Positions 23,511 through 35,218 of a stretch of DNA of 64,000 nucleotides are shown piece after piece. The first letter of the stretch is position 1. Each line of letters opens with the position of its first letter. The stretch spans positions 330,070 through 394,069 of the forward strand of contig NMRA01000104.1 in the NCBI GenBank assembly GCA_002633005.1, written 5' to 3'. The notes below the pieces were generated by a model, which worked only from the letters and a program-made list of their open reading frames with translations, was not told where the DNA came from and ran no database searches. The stretch comes from Phoronis australis (Eukaryota > Animalia > Phoronida). Both the position numbers and the translations under genes were made by a program.

Positions 23511-25763
23511 CAGGGGCGGATCCACGATTTTAAGGGGGGGGGGGTCGGTCGGTCAAGGGCTTAGAGGGGGAACAAGTCAACAATTTTGAAAATTACAGAT
23601 TTGATATCACTGCCAGTATGGATAATGTGTGTTTTTGTTTTGCTTTTGTTTCGTTATGTTTTAAGTTAATTTATTTTCCTTTGATTCATATTATACTGTA
23701 CATAAAATGAATACTACAGTGTCACACTGAAGGTAATGTTACGCATGTTCACGTAATTGAGTGGCCCTAACGTTTGCATTGTTTTAAGATGTGTCTTGGA
23801 ATCTTAGTGTCTTTTAAAGGTCCTCTAAGAGTTTTCGGGAACAAATCAAGTCTTCAGTCGCTAACCGTATGCTCCCTATCCTATCACCACCCCATTCTCC
23901 CTATGCCGCCAGCTTTGCACCGGCCTCTCTTGCCCGCTATGCGCCGAGGAGGAAAATCCTGGAGGAGGGGGCAGCCATTAGATCCTGAGTTACCATATGT
24001 TTCAACTGAATTTCACGAAGAGTGAGAATGGTACTTAAGGACCACGGCAGCCGGATAACTGGGAGCCGGGCTTTCTTCCTCAAGTGAACAACAGCTGTGA
24101 GCTGACAGCTCACGACATCAGATGGTATGAAAATACCACTTGGATGAATCAAGATAGCATCTGGTCATCTCAGCTATGATTTATTTATTTGTTTCAGGCA
24201 GGCAGCTCAGCTCGTACCTTTCCGCCTGAGCTCGTACCTTTCCGCCTGAGCTCGTACCTTTCCGCCCGTGCATGCTGTTCTATGGTCAAAATTCATTTTA
24301 TATTTATTCAATTTAAGAGGGTCAACTTCTTAGGGTATTGCATGAGGTCCCGCCGGGATACCTTTGGGGCTGTTTCAAGATTCCTTGTTACAACACGGGT
24401 AGCCCAGTTTCTCAGTGGTGGCTTGGGACAAATGCCACAGGGTGTCCTAAAATCTTGAGCATTGACTATGTTTTGACCGCTTCGTTAAGTTTGCCTCAAG
24501 TTCAAGCTTGTCACACAAGCGAGAACAATTTTATTCATGTACACAAGCTTATACAGTAAAAGCTGTGCAAGTCAAAACTCAGTTCAAGTGAAGCTAAGTT
24601 CTACCGAAACTATTTTCTCCTGATTCTGAGAAAAGGACAAAATCAGAAAAAATCCCAGCATATGGGGGCAAAATACTTGTTTAGCGTGCTAGTAATAACC
24701 AAATCAAATTCCGTTTGTAGAACCATGAATGTCTCATCGGTTATATTTCGCTTCTTTTATCTCTCTGTAACAAGTACGAATTAAGGCGTCTGCCATCTTA
24801 TGCTCATACATTTTGAGCTAATAACATTACATTATAGTTAGTGGTGACCCGAATGCCAGCCAACGAGCCAAGTGAAAGCCTCAGTTCAGGAGTTCACCTG
24901 TAGGTTAAAAATGCAAATGGCGGATCGAGTAACAAGCGCATTCTTTTGAAGGGCTTGCTTTCTGCATATAAATATTTTACCACGATAGTAATTTCGACGT
25001 GTGCAGATTAATATTTGATGTGCAATTCCAGCGTTAGTGTGATGTGTATGGCATTAAATTCTACATTTCGACGTACGAACCTCCAACCATGTTTAGTCGT
25101 TGGTTTACTGACTAAACTGCGCTAGATCACGTGGGGCATGTTTTGAGATGGCCTTATTTCGTTGATCGTTTGTGAACTTGTTGTAACAGAATAAATATGG
25201 AATTCCGAGCTCTTTCAAGGTGTCTCAAGAACAAGCAAGTTGACGGTGTTGGTGGGAATTGGTTATCTGTTTTCAAAACCATATTTTATCTGGACTTGTT
25301 CACGTTTCAAATCTTACAAAGCTTTGCTTTTCAATTAAAATCAAGATTGGTTGAGTGACCGGCCGTCATGTTCCAAGTTGTCTAATATCTAATTTTAAGC
25401 AAAATTGTGAGTTAAGATCTAGCACAACTGAGAAATTTAGCCAATCAGCGAGTACATAAGAGGACTAGTTCTTAGTTCGGAGTGTGCAAACTGGAAGGTT
25501 TAACAAGTATTTTAAATACAATGACTGAGAGATGCGATGGTGACGATTGCCAAGATATGACTATATGTAGTAAGTAATACACAACGTAACGTCATACTGA
25601 AATGGACGATATTTGTATCGAGCGAGCTTAGTACGGAAGGTGTGAGTTTTACGTTTTAAAATTTGAGAAACGACACGCTTGATAGAAGACGCGTTTTTAT
25701 TGTTGACAGTCATAAAATCACATCTAGGAATATATTAGCTTTACTCGACTAAATGGTTCACAA

Positions 25764-26193
25764 TCAGCTACCTGTCAATAACTGTTGATAATTGAACGTG
25801 ACGACACAAGTCTCCTTGACACAATTGAAAGCTTTACTAGAGATTTTGTCCATTTCATGCTTTCCCAGCTTCTTCAATTTCCATGCGCATGCTCTGTAAG
25901 AAGAACATATTTTTTCTAACCACAATATACATGTTGCACGTGGCAGAGATCCTTATCAACGATTTTCCTGTCTTGCTGTTTCAGATTGGATCTAAGATAA
26001 ACGCGAAACATTCATACCGGCCAACACTCCCTAAAACATCGTCGAGTCGACATTGCATTTATCCCATACGCTTCGAATTCCTAAATTCCTTTAATTTCTT
26101 CTGTATTTTTTTAAATACGTCATCCATAATGTGCACGTGGCGGATCACAGCCTATATTCATGTACTTGCGCGTTAGGTTATGAGTTGTCTCTA
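25764..26193 (-). pseudogene. Pseudogene F (D-type secreted peptide): exon 26193-26018 and terminal exon 25893-25764
   Basis: ttttag acceptor, ETTHNLTRKYMNIGC...[frameshift, TAA]...MQCRLDDVLGSVG CG|gtatga; cttacag acceptor, ACAWKLKKLGKHEMDKISSKAFNCVKETCVVTFNYQQLLTGS*; AATAAA at 25701-25696; HN-Y-C, QCRL and SxAxNC motifs shared with gene D. Confidence 0.55.
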
Positions 26194-28900
26194 CTAAAAG
26201 AAACAGTTTTAAATGTAACGATTAATTACTTGAAAAGAGATAACAAAGATGAAAACAACGATAATTGTGCATTGAACTTGTAATATTTCCTGAAAATAAT
26301 AGTTCAATAACAACAATTTGATGTTGTAGTTACCGAGGAATCGACGCCAGACTGTATAATATTCAGCAATTGAAAACTGAGACAGGTGTGTCATAAAATT
26401 AACAGTTTTGTACCAGATGTTACGTTTGGGACCTGGTTGCATGTTGAGTGTTATTTACACTGCTGCAATTGTATTACTTTAAACTACTTTGGGAAAGTTT
26501 GGTGATAGAACAGGCTAACGACTTCGAGTTGACATTGACTTACTTTTTGAACTTGCCATGTCAGAGGGCACTGTTGAAGTAGTGCGGGAGGTGTATGCGG
26601 AAAAAATACCACGTGGCCATATTGCACTCGGCTGATTCAACGGGTATGGGATAAATGTATATTAATACGGTAAAAACCAAAAGTGAACAGAAATAAAAAG
26701 GTATAATATATGTATATATATAGCGTCAGGTAGACATTATGTAATTTCAAAATAACAAAGACCATTGATTGAGCAGCAGAAAGTTTGATTCAAGTCACAA
26801 AAATCCTGAAATGTGAAAACAACTGCAAGAAACACACTACAGTTTAAGTTTTGAAAATATTCCCTGAGGCTTTCATTGTTTGTAATGAATATCAGCGGAA
26901 ATGGAAAGATGAAGATTTTCACAGGACTAGTTTCATTTTTTCATCATTCAATGAATATGACGTTCTCAAATTTTGAGGCTGTGATTGGATAATTAGGCAG
27001 CATACAGCAACACCACTTAAAATTAGGAGACCATACAATCTGCCACTTAAATAGCCACACAAGAAAATAAAAGTTGCCATCGCAACATAGTCACAGGATG
27101 AAAAGACTGGAGCTGCAGTCAACGGTCTATTACGTCATACTTTTGTAACCCCTCAGTATTTTAGATAAAATGAGCTGCAGCCGTTGAGTGTTCTTCGTTA
27201 CACATTTAAAAATCATCCTTAAGCTCTCATTTGAGTTCTCGTCGCGTTAAACAGTGTTTTTAAATTGGTTGTAATTGTAAAGTATATGTCTTAAAGCTCC
27301 GTGTATGTCATCAGCTGAATTCGTTAGAAAACAGTGTATCAGCACAATTTTGTTGACTGACACCACTTTGATTCCAAGTGAAACCATTATTATTTTACAA
27401 CGTTTTTTAAACAGCCAAATTTCATACGCAGTTGTTCCATGGGCTCAGCGCATGGAGTTTATATTGTTCATGATAAGCTCTGCGATGGGATACTGCTACT
27501 TAAAGTCTTTATATTTTGGTTTGAGTTCGGCCTTCGAAATGGCCTAGTACCGTGGAGTTTTAAAGAATGGAAACGCCCCCGAAGTATGCTATTTTGCCTA
27601 CACTATAACAAAAAGTTATATCAACAGTGAAACTGATAACGATGAGATGGGCATGGCGATGAAGGAAACGCCGATGGTGATGGGGATCATTAAAATGACT
27701 TATTAAAAATATACAATAATTAACAGTCATGAACATATAGCTTATGCAACCGAGGTTCGTTAAAATCTCAGAAAGGCTTCCATGATAGCTTGCTTCACTC
27801 TTTAAGTAGCGGTAATTGTTTTCATGTATTGTGGTAGGGTTATTGGCTTTGACCGTGGCTTAGTGGATATGTTGTTTCCCTGTTTGGTTGTTTGTTCATT
27901 TGCTCTAAATAGTTTTGCTGCACTAAAACAAAGCAGTTTGAAAGGACATTGATGTCATTAATAGTATGATCGTGAAATTAAATTACTATCATAGGCATCC
28001 CACTAAGTGAAATAGAATGTAAATATCCAGCTTTTGTCCCTTATACTATAATTAGCGTCGATGTAAACTGCGATGTTTGTTGAACCGTTCATACTGGCTT
28101 TCGTCGGTGGTTGGAGATCATCGAAACAATTGCGACGGCAGTGCCTCTGTTGATAATTGACACCAAAATTGACTGTTCAGACTGCGCCGAAGCGTCGCAA
28201 AAAGTTAACTGGCGCTGTTAACTTCTATACAGTACCGAAGTTAACTTCTATACAGTACCGAAGTTAACCTTTCATACTGAGCACAACTCCACAAAACATC
28301 GACACGTCTTTTGTTACAGTGGTCGCAGTCTTTCAAACGTCTTTTCAGCACTAGTTTGAGCAACCAGATATTTTTCAAAGCCTTGATGGTCACAGCCAAG
28401 CGTAATATGAAGATAGTGACCGTCATGCGACTGTTTCGAACAGAACGTTGTTATCACAGTGATTTTTTGAAAATCGGGATAGTTCACTTTCAACGTCTAT
28501 GAACATTAGTTTTCTCTACACGACATAAATATCAACAATTCAAATAATGAACGGTTTGGCTCAAATAACAAATTCTTTAGAGTTCTTTTTGATTCTTCCG
28601 GAGGACATAATACTTGCTATAAGTGTCGACTTGAAAACTACATGGTGTCATAGATAGACAATTGGTATTCAAGAAAAGAACCGTGATCCATGACAGGCAG
28701 TATTTATGTAGTCATCTGACGTGAATGATGAATAGTTGCCTAGTTCAAACTTTTGATTGAGGAGTATTGGGCTGCTGAAGACGAAACTGTAAGCACCAAG
28801 ACATGACTTTGAAAAGTACACTGCACCATTCTTATAACTTGAATAACTATTTTAATGAAGGAAGACATATTGTCAACTAGTAGGAACGACTTTCACTTAC

Positions 28901-29075
28901 TATTTGTAGAAATAAACGTAGAACCTTAATTCACTGCAGCTGGAATCAGTTTCCGGGTTGTCCGATTTACAACACGTCGCTGCGTTTTTGCTGCTAAACC
29001 CGTCGCAGAAGTTTTGCCACTTTCCACTGATTCTGGTCCCCGTGCACTTGTCCTCGTAGTCGGCGCAAGCCTCAG
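28901..29075 (-). CDS. Gene B six-Cys exon (signal exon not located)
   Basis: ttcatttcag acceptor, phase 1; EACADYEDKCTGTRISGKWQNFCDGFSSKNAATCCKSDNPETDSSCSELRFYVYFYK; TA|gtaagt donor; 175 nt, the same length and phases as gene C exon 2. Confidence 0.78.
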
Positions 29076-29821
29076 CTGAAATGAAATCTAGCACTTTAGA
29101 CGGGAGATACTTGTTCAATTTCCACAATTTTCGCGTTGTGAGTGATAGCTTTATGTGGTCTCATAAATGCATGGTAAGTACATCAAGTTTGGGGGGGGTC
29201 AACAATAGTTCGGACTTTAAACTACTTGTCCGGACTTTCAAACCAGTCAGCTGGACTGCAAAACCAAATGGCAGGTGATCAAACATGTTGTCCGGACTTC
29301 AAAATGCGATGGCCTCACCCCAAAAACTAGTTGGCTGGACAGAAAACACTATAACCGGTGCTATAACCACTAGCAGTTGGCCAGTGATCGAACACCATGG
29401 CCGGACTTCCTCAGAAATTCATATAAGCCATTGCAAAGACAAAATTTCTAATGCTTTGGCCGAAATCCTCACGGAGTGCTGCTATGGCCTGGGATTGAAG
29501 TTTTGCCGGCTCAGTCGAGAAGACAATCACTGAAATGTATAAAGATTAGAAAATGGTATTATACAGCAACGTGATTAATCTTATTGTATAGTACCTATTT
29601 TTCAGTTGTTTAAAAATCGACAAGGCGATCAGCGGTCAATGGGGCCGCTCTCCGGCGCGCCATTACATCATTGCATTCCCAAAGATTTTAGTATAGGTCA
29701 AAAAAATTCCTTGACCCGACGCCACTTGATTTATTCGAACAAAGAGGCATGCGTTCGTATAAAACACTTGAACATTAAGTAGAAAAAAGTAATAGAAACC
29801 CATGGAAATCGATCAGCATAC

Positions 29822-30088
29822 CATGCGCGCAACGAGCCTAAAATATAGGGGGCTCGAGTTTCTCTGTATGGGGACCTTTTACTGAACAAAATCAATGAGG
29901 ACTAAAAAATGAGACCACTAGGTTCAGGCCTACGAATTGTGAATCTGCGCCTATTTCCTGTGTTCTTTATAGGCTTTTGTGTCGTTTGCTTGGACTTTTT
30001 CCCACTGAGGCCGACCTTTTTGCCCAATTCGCCAAATTGGAGGGCTCGTTTGAGCCCCCCGAGCCCCCCCCCCCCGCGAGCGCCCATG
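29822..30088. mobile_element. CATG-ended MITE with 5-bp TSD (CATAC)
   Basis: CATGCGCGC...GCGCCCATG termini, CATAC on both sides; inverted homolog of 8624-8846. Confidence 0.8.
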
Positions 30089-31119
30089 CATACAAACAGC
30101 TGTATGTCGTGTCATTGTATGCAACCATTGACCAATGGAACTGTACATGTTTGTGTACATGTGTATATTCGGAATTGAGGGCATAGGCCAGTTTGAATAA
30201 AAGTTGGAACAAAGTTTTGCAAAACAATAGAGTTACAGAAACTGATATGTTAATAGTATTTCAATAAAAAAGAAGAATGCACACATGACCCCAAAAACAC
30301 CCTGTACTGGTTGGTAACACACACGTGTACATCGGCTAGCCGCGTGTGCCTGTGAACATCACTGCTTGCCTGGGCGGCCGAAGCCTGAAGGTCTGTGCAA
30401 AAGCATAGTATGCATTTGCACAGACCCAATTTCCCGAATGGTGATTGGAATTGTCTACTTCAGGTTATACCAAAAAATTATAATTACATCAATATGCAGA
30501 TGTTTTTTTCAAAAAAATAAAACGCTTGTAAGATATGCTGAGTTGTCTCAAGGAAAATTACTTCAGTGATATGCACGTAACTTTTCTTAAACTTTCTAGT
30601 ATTACTTGTCCTTAGTACCTGATTCATCTTAGCGTGGTGAACTGGTAACTTGTATAGTTTGAAACGACATGGTCTCACACTTGAAGCAGTTTTGTCATAG
30701 ACTCAAGTGACATCTAGTGATTATTTTTCGCACCCGTTTGTTTTTTCAAAATCAGCGAATTCTTCGGCCATTGTGACTGAGCACCAGTCAACCCTCTTCA
30801 GGACCGGCCAACCAGATTTTTGTATGCAGCCATCTGGCAGGTACCTACCAACCCGTTTTGAGGTCCGACCACCACCGACCATTCGGTTTTGCAGTCCAGC
30901 CAGATGGTTTTGAATTCCGACCAACTGTTAATTGCCCTAGTATATGAGATGGAGTAATGTCGCATAAGCGTAAGTATTTCTAGAAACACGTTTTTAAAAG
31001 TTTCTCAAGTGTTTGGCGTATATGTTGCTTTTTACCACATTATCAGCTTGACATGGCCCATACAACTGTTAAATAACCCATTTAGTTATTCAATCTTTAG
31101 TTATTCAACTTGTGTTGAA

Positions 31120-31803
31120 TAACATTTGGCGGGAACTCGAGGCCGCTAGAGTTTCGAGCTGTCGACTAAACCTCTACGCCAATCAGCAGCTGAAGTCATC
31201 GTACATGAAAATAGAATACCCAAATGAGGACGCGCAATAATCGCATGCTCAACAAACGGCATTGTACAGACATTTATACGCTGTGAAAAATAAGATGCAC
31301 ACTTTCAATGAAAACGACATTCTTAATTCAGTAAAATTTATCTGTCATTTCTCTCACTTGTTAATTATCGATCTCCGATTTAAATGCTGGTAACATGTCG
31401 TCGGGACCGTTTGACTTGGACATTATACATGTACTCAGTAACCAGTGGTAACCTACTTTAGCAGACTATATTTTCACGGTGGAAGCTTGGCGCGACAAGA
31501 TGTGTAGCAAACTAGACTAGTTGCTGAAAATGTATTTTTTAGTTTCTCTTTATTTCTATTTTATTTAAATTTTCAATTGGTTTTGAGTAAAAACATTATT
31601 TTAACAAGAACAACTCGGCGTTTCTTAAAAGGTCACGACCTCCGACCACGGGCCTCTGACATAGAAAATAGTTACAAAGCTGAGGCGAGTCCGGAGAAAG
31701 GTAGATCGATTCATTGCAATGTTTAGCGTTCTATATTTGGTATAAATATATTATTACATGCTCTCAGTCGTTATCCGTATTATCCGGAGCCCTCGTGGAT
31801 TTC
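31120..31803 (-). mobile_element. Third, diverged inverted copy of the 9843-10718 element
   Basis: Shares AAAAGGTCACGACCTCCGACC...GGCCTCTGACATAGAAA and flanking blocks. Confidence 0.75.
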
Positions 31804-32039
31804 ATATAATATTGACAACTATGCAATAGGTGTTCAAAATAACACTGATTCTTTGTTGTGAATTTTCCAAAGTTAACTTTCTTTAGTAATATAACAATCA
31901 TAAAAATGTGTTCCAATGTCTCTTGACGTTCAACGGTAACATATATCAGGATCACTGATTTTACTTTCTGAAGAAATGAGTTTATTTCTAAACCTCTGCG
32001 AAAAGACCAACGCTGCAACCAATGTTATGAGCTACTCAC

Positions 32040-32102
32040 AGTCAATTTCAAAGCTGTTCAATAGATGTCTGCCCGTTTTTTTATCTATCAGAAAACCTTT
32101 AT
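32040..32102 (-). CDS. Candidate 63-nt phase 1-1 exon upstream of the gene B Cys exon
   Basis: aatttacag acceptor, KGFLIDKKTGRHLLNSFEID, T|gtgagt donor; splices in frame to 29075. Confidence 0.35.
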
Positions 32103-33066
32103 CTGTAAATTTGAGATGGCTAGTTAGAGAAATTAGTTTGTCACATTTTTATGTCACTGCATCCTGGATTTTTGCTGAGGAATGTAACTGTCTCAAGTGT
32201 TTTTATGATTATGTTGATAATGATTCGTTGCAGACGCCAATCGCGAATTTAGTTCTGTAGAAATTGGCCGTGGCATGGTGCCCTGTAAGATATCGAAATA
32301 TAATCTATCAGGATATCCCTATTCCACAGAACCACTATGCTTTCATGGCATGGAATACAAAGAGCGCAGCTGAAAATATTATTCTTAACGTTTTGAGAGT
32401 GTAGTTAAAGCAGTTTTGACCAAGAAGATCGCTATGTCACGTGTTCGTAATAAATCTGTTCAAAACAAACGTTTTTGGAAAGGCCGGTGACCCTGAAACG
32501 AGGATAACGCACATCAGAAAAATAGTTGAAACGATATTCTGACCACATAGGCATTTCCAATGCCTAGTAGTTGGCATGTTCCATGTTCTTATATCTCCAG
32601 GAGGCAATACAACATAAAACTGGCCTACAGTCTAATATAAAGAATTGGAAAGTACATTTTTGTCTTTATACCACACACATTTTGATGCGCCGATGCAATA
32701 ACCGTGTCACTTGCCCGTGCAATAATCCATCAGGTTATTGTGCGGTCAGGTGCCCCACGGTTATTGCACAGGTAAAAAAATAGAGTCAGCAAAGAAATGT
32801 GGGTTAAATGTTTAATATGTAGTGCATATATTTCAAACTACATGCGTCTTTATCTGGGTATGTCAGTAGCCGCGTAAGTATTTTCACGAGGCTGGAAACT
32901 GCACGAAAATACTCGGCGCAGCAATCTCGGTTTATAAAATCACCCATATACACGCGTGTAAGGTCACTGCAAAAAACGAGCATTGGACAGATCTCAACCT
33001 CAGACAAGGACTCGCGTGCGTTTACTAAGCAGCAACACCGCAGACAACCCACTCAGAGTATCAAAC

Positions 33067-35218
33067 CAAGGAGTGTAGTAGTATAGGAGAGTTCACTTGC
33101 GAGTTCGCTGTTACCGCTACTACTAGCGCCGCCAAGTGGTGAACAAGCAACTCTCAACCAGGAAGCGCCAAAACAATGGGGAAGGACGCATTTTGCAGTG
33201 CGATAAATTTCATGAATTCATCCACGAAAACTCCAGACGTGTCATTTTTTAGGTTTCCTAAGGAACCCGAAAGGCAAGGATTATCTGTTATTCAATAAAA
33301 TGATACATTGGCTTTCATTTTGTGTGTTCTGTTCACGGTTGTGTCTAGACAAGTCGATCACAGTCCCGTTGCCGCTGACACTGTTCTGTTGTCTGCAGTG
33401 TAGGCTATGCCTACTGTACAACCGGGCTGCCGGCGGAAGGACTATGATGAACGTACGATGTGATCGTCAGCTTTTTGAATACTTGCAGTCCATCAATTCC
33501 AAATTCAAATGTCACCCGTACGATAGCAGGGACAATTTTAGGAAAACATACCCATGCCCATCAGTGATGGCCATGAGTAATATGACTGGTGACATGACAG
33601 CCATGGCACAATCACAGCCACAGGGCCACTAAGTCTGTCATGAGTCAAGTTAGCGAATCTGTGGTTCTCGGTGAAAAGGTGAAAAATCCGAACATAATTT
33701 TAATGTGCCAGNAATCTGGTTTTCGTATTTTACTAAGGTTGATCAGATTGAAACATTTTATGAATGGTTAGCCTGTGATTTGGAGAGAGCCAAAGTGAAA
33801 CTGATGGATCATTCAGAGTCTGAGTGGTGGGCTGAAATTTTGTTAAACCCAAGCTATCCGTATCATTCTCGATGACAAAGACCTCTGTGAGTAAATTAGT
33901 TTTCAGCTTTATTTAGAACGCATTTCTTTGGCGAAAAGTGCTGTTGTTTGCTAGTGAATTAATAGAAAGTGACAAGGTTGGTCAGATTTTCTTGTTGTAT
34001 TGGTTGGTGTATGTGTTGCCTGTTTCGTATGTTTTTGGAGATTGTGATTAATTTAAGGCTAGGTATCAGATATGATATTGTGGTCTGGCTTTAACTTACC
34101 TGAAATATTTACTAATAGGAACACTGGGCATATAAAATAAAATTTTGGTTTTATCATCCAAGTCTTTTTAATTCAATTTTGTATGAAGTTATGTGGGTAG
34201 TGAATATTTTGATTGCTGTTTAGTACCTCTTAATTTTTTGTCATGATATTTTGAACTTTGACTAGTTATGGGTGATGATATACTCAATGTTACTTCATTT
34301 TGTAAGTTGTGAGCTATTCTACAGATTAGCAAGTGACTTGTATCTGTTGGTGATTGGGAGAGTGGGATTGAGCCCTATACTGGCATGTCTAAGAAATAAT
34401 GGAATGTTCTAAAATTGTATTACGATTTTGTGGTAGTGATGAATTGCCTTGCTTTCTTCTTCTCACTTGTGTAACACCCACTGCACAAAACAATTGTCTG
34501 CATTGGCAGTAGACTCATGCATTGAATAGGGAACACATGCGATATTGTTGGGTGGAGATGAAACCAGCAGTGAGCTGGGAGCAACATGTTTGTCAATGAC
34601 CGGGTCAGGGGAGCAACCAAAATGTGTGACGATGGGAGGGGCTCAACACCCATGTGGTATACTTACCCATTGGTTTTTACCCGTTTAGCACTCCTCCCAT
34701 GTAACCCCCCCCTGGGAGGGGGTCAACACCCATTTGGTGCCTACCTGCCGGTTTTTGCCAGGTAACCCCTTTGCTGGCACCTGGGGGGAATTCTCCTCTG
34801 AACCCCCAGGGGCAATCATTCAAATTATGCAGTCCGTGGAGGTATGAACTGTTATAAGGAACGATAATTGCCGTGTTAAGAACTCAAACATGAAACAAAA
34901 CCATGATGAATTTTGAAGGGAGCTTCAAGAGAATAAAAACAAATACACTTTAATATTGAATAAAATACACATTTTCTTTCTCATTCTATTGTAAGTGGAT
35001 GCTAGTTTATGTATTCTAACCATTTTCAACCACACAGTAATTTTATTGCTCGTTGAATGTCATTAAAGTATGAATTTATGAGCGTTTACATTGTTCGGAC
35101 TGCGCGCCAAACTAAGTGTTGATTATTCGCCGCTTGGAGCGCTAGTGTTTCGACCAGTAACCATTGCGGCGAAAGGTAAAATGGCGGAGTGAACTCTCCT
35201 ATACTCGTACACTCCTTG
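33067..35218 (+). mobile_element. Non-autonomous P-superfamily-like transposon with THAP first exon
   Basis: About 31 bp TIR CAAGGAGTGTAGTAGTATAGGAGAGTTCACT / AGTGAACTCTCCTATACTCGTACACTCCTTG; 7-bp TSD ATCAAAC; 33176-33273 encodes MGKDAFCSAINFMNSSTKTPDVSFFRFPKEPER (THAP N-terminus). Confidence 0.85.

Noticed and set aside
26737-26806. Possible exon DFCDLNQTFCCSINGLCYFEIT on minus
   Set aside because: Phase 0 does not fit the family and no compatible upstream exon was found; may be chance in T/G-rich sequence.
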